A stretch of DNA of 15,036 bases from Candidatus Altiarchaeota archaeon (GTDB lineage Archaea > Altiarchaeota > Altiarchaeia > IMC4 > SCGC-AAA252-I15). Below are positions 13,837 through 15,036 of this stretch, in pieces. Position numbers and translations under genes: made by a program. Under the pieces are notes generated by a model. It saw nothing but the letters and a program-made list of their open reading frames with translations, had not been told where the DNA came from and searched no databases. The first letter of the stretch is position 1; every line of letters begins with the position of its first letter. The DNA is taken from assembly GCA_043804895.1 (NCBI GenBank), contig JAZDIN010000064.1:1-15036 (forward strand), given 5' to 3'.

Positions 13837-14823
13837 ATGATAGGCGACCGTAAGCATGATCATCTGAGGATTTGCGTCGAGAAGGATGTTGAGGCCGGTG
13901 ATGCTGGATTCTCTTCTGTTCGTTTGGATCATAGGGCTTCTCCTGAGATTAGTATGGAAGACGTTGACACTAAGGTTAAGTTCCTCGGGAAGGAGATGGG
14001 TTTCCCCCTCATATTCGAGGCCATGACCGGTGGGACCTCTGAAGCTCAGAAGATTAACAAAGCCCTAGCCAGGATAGCTCAGGAGAATCTAATCGGAATG
14101 GGTGTCGGAAGCCAACGGGTTGCTTTGGATGATCCCTCACTTGAAGGAACTTACGTTGTCCGCGACGTCGCGCCAGACATCCTCCTCATAGGCAACGTAG
14201 GCGCAGTCCAACTCAACTACGGCTACGGCATCAAGGAGTGCAGGAAGGCTGTTGAGATGATAGGCGCTGATGCATTGGCGTTGCACATGAACCCGTTGCA
14301 GGAGGCCATCCAACCTGAAGGAAACACGGACTTCAGGGGGTTAATCGCGAAGATGAACAAGGTCTCGAAGGAGCTTACTGTTCCGGTCATCGCGAAGGAA
14401 GTCGGCTGCGGCATAGACTATGAGACTGCGAGGCGGCTTAAGGTCGCGGCCTTCGACTCTGGCGGATTAGGGGGGACATCCTGGAGTCTTGTGGAAAGCC
14501 ACAGGAGCAGGGGGCTGATGCGCGCAGTCGGCGCAACCTACTCTACCTGGGGGATACCAACGGTAGAGTGCATCAAACAACTCTCAAGACTGGAGAAGCC
14601 GCTCATCGCATCAGGCGGAGTTAGAAGCGGCTTGGATGCTGCGAAGGCGATAGCGCTCGGCGCTGACGTCGTCGGCGTTGCATTACCTGTCCTTAAAGCT
14701 TACTACTCCAACGGCGAAAACGGCGTCAGAGACTACGTGAAAAGGTTCATTGCAGAGTTCAAGACCGCAATGTACCTCACAGGCTCAAGCAGGGTCAGCT
14801 ACCTTAGGGGGAAGGTCTCCTGA
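13837..14823 (+). CDS. fni: Type 2 isopentenyl-diphosphate delta-isomerase (FMN-dependent IDI-2)
   Basis: RKHDHL, AMTGG, MGVGSQR, NVGAVQL, HMNPLQEAIQPEG, KEVGCG, GGTSW and ASGGVRSGLDAAKAIALGA. Start ATG 13837 with TTTAATA at 13804-13810; the track start 13750 is an over-extension. Confidence 0.95.
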   Translation: MIGDRKHDHLRICVEKDVEAGDAGFSSVRLDHRASPEISMEDVDTKVKFLGKEMGFPLIFEAMTGGTSEAQKINKALARIAQENLIGMGVGSQRVALDDPSLEGTYVVRDVAPDILLIGNVGAVQLNYGYGIKECRKAVEMIGADALALHMNPLQEAIQPEGNTDFRGLIAKMNKVSKELTVPVIAKEVGCGIDYETARRLKVAAFDSGGLGGTSWSLVESHRSRGLMRAVGATYSTWGIPTVECIKQLSRLEKPLIASGGVRSGLDAAKAIALGADVVGVALPVLKAYYSNGENGVRDYVKRFIAEFKTAMYLTGSSRVSYLRGKVS

Positions 14824-15036
14824 ATGGAAGACGATACTGTGACCATCAGAGTCGGCAAGAACGGGGTCACTAAGGCACTGACAGAAGAGGTAAGGTGCAT
14901 CCTCAGGAAACATAAGAAGGCAAGGGTGAAGATGCTTAAAACGTCGCTCGGGACGAAAGACAAGCACGACATGGCAGATGAAATCAGGAAATCCTGCAAG
15001 GCCAGAAAGGCGAAACTAATAGGACACACGATACTC
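14824..15036 (+). CDS. yhbY: YhbY/CRM-domain RNA-binding protein (3'-truncated by window edge)
   Basis: Not in the track. Manual translation: MEDDTVTIRVGKNGVTKALTEEVRCILRKHKKARVKMLKTSLGTKDKHDMADEIRKSCKARKAKLIGHTIL, with the CRM pattern (I.VGK.G......E....L..H...KVK...IG.T..L). Its ATG directly follows the fni stop. Confidence 0.85.
   Translation, partial: MEDDTVTIRVGKNGVTKALTEEVRCILRKHKKARVKMLKTSLGTKDKHDMADEIRKSCKARKAKLIGHTIL

Noticed and set aside
423-15029. Numerous alternative-frame and antisense ORFs in the track (e.g. 423-638, 1408-1801, 1840-2268, 2290-2829, 7019-7528, 8820-9659, 12044-12628, 14799-15029)
   Set aside because: They overlap well-supported genes and show no recognisable motifs, so they are shadow ORFs.
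1-15036. Transposases, integrases, CRISPR arrays, rRNA or tRNA genes
   Set aside because: None recognised on either strand by inspection.

Overview
Archaeal genomic DNA. TATA-like boxes lie about 25 nt upstream of several starts and there are GGTGA/GAGGTG-type RBSs. The pilin-like and Thr/Cys-rich surface proteins suggest an Altiarchaeota/DPANN-like lineage, which is an inference. The window is an isoprenoid-precursor supercluster carrying the lower modified 'archaeal' mevalonate pathway: mevalonate kinase, two-subunit AcnX-type phosphomevalonate dehydratase, UbiD-type anhydromevalonate-phosphate decarboxylase, isopentenyl phosphate kinase, type 2 IPP isomerase and GGPP synthase. These genes are spread over several transcription units and interleaved with accessory genes. 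The most unexpected element is an extra GHMP enzyme (8861-9811) with the signature of Thermoplasma-type mevalonate 3-kinase, which belongs to a different MVA route. It is paired head-to-head with a HAD phosphatase across a symmetric 33-bp bidirectional promoter, suggesting an undescribed hybrid or branch of mevalonate metabolism. Other oddities are a mevalonate kinase resembling the trypanosomatid type, a ~125-nt double-hairpin element upstream of mvk, a C39-like peptidase cassette ending in a bacterial-style terminator, a stand-alone PqqD/RRE-like protein and a frameshifted 4xCBS gene. The flanks are the 3' end of proB and the 5' part of yhbY. All family assignments come from motif recognition and remembered reference sequences; no database search was run.
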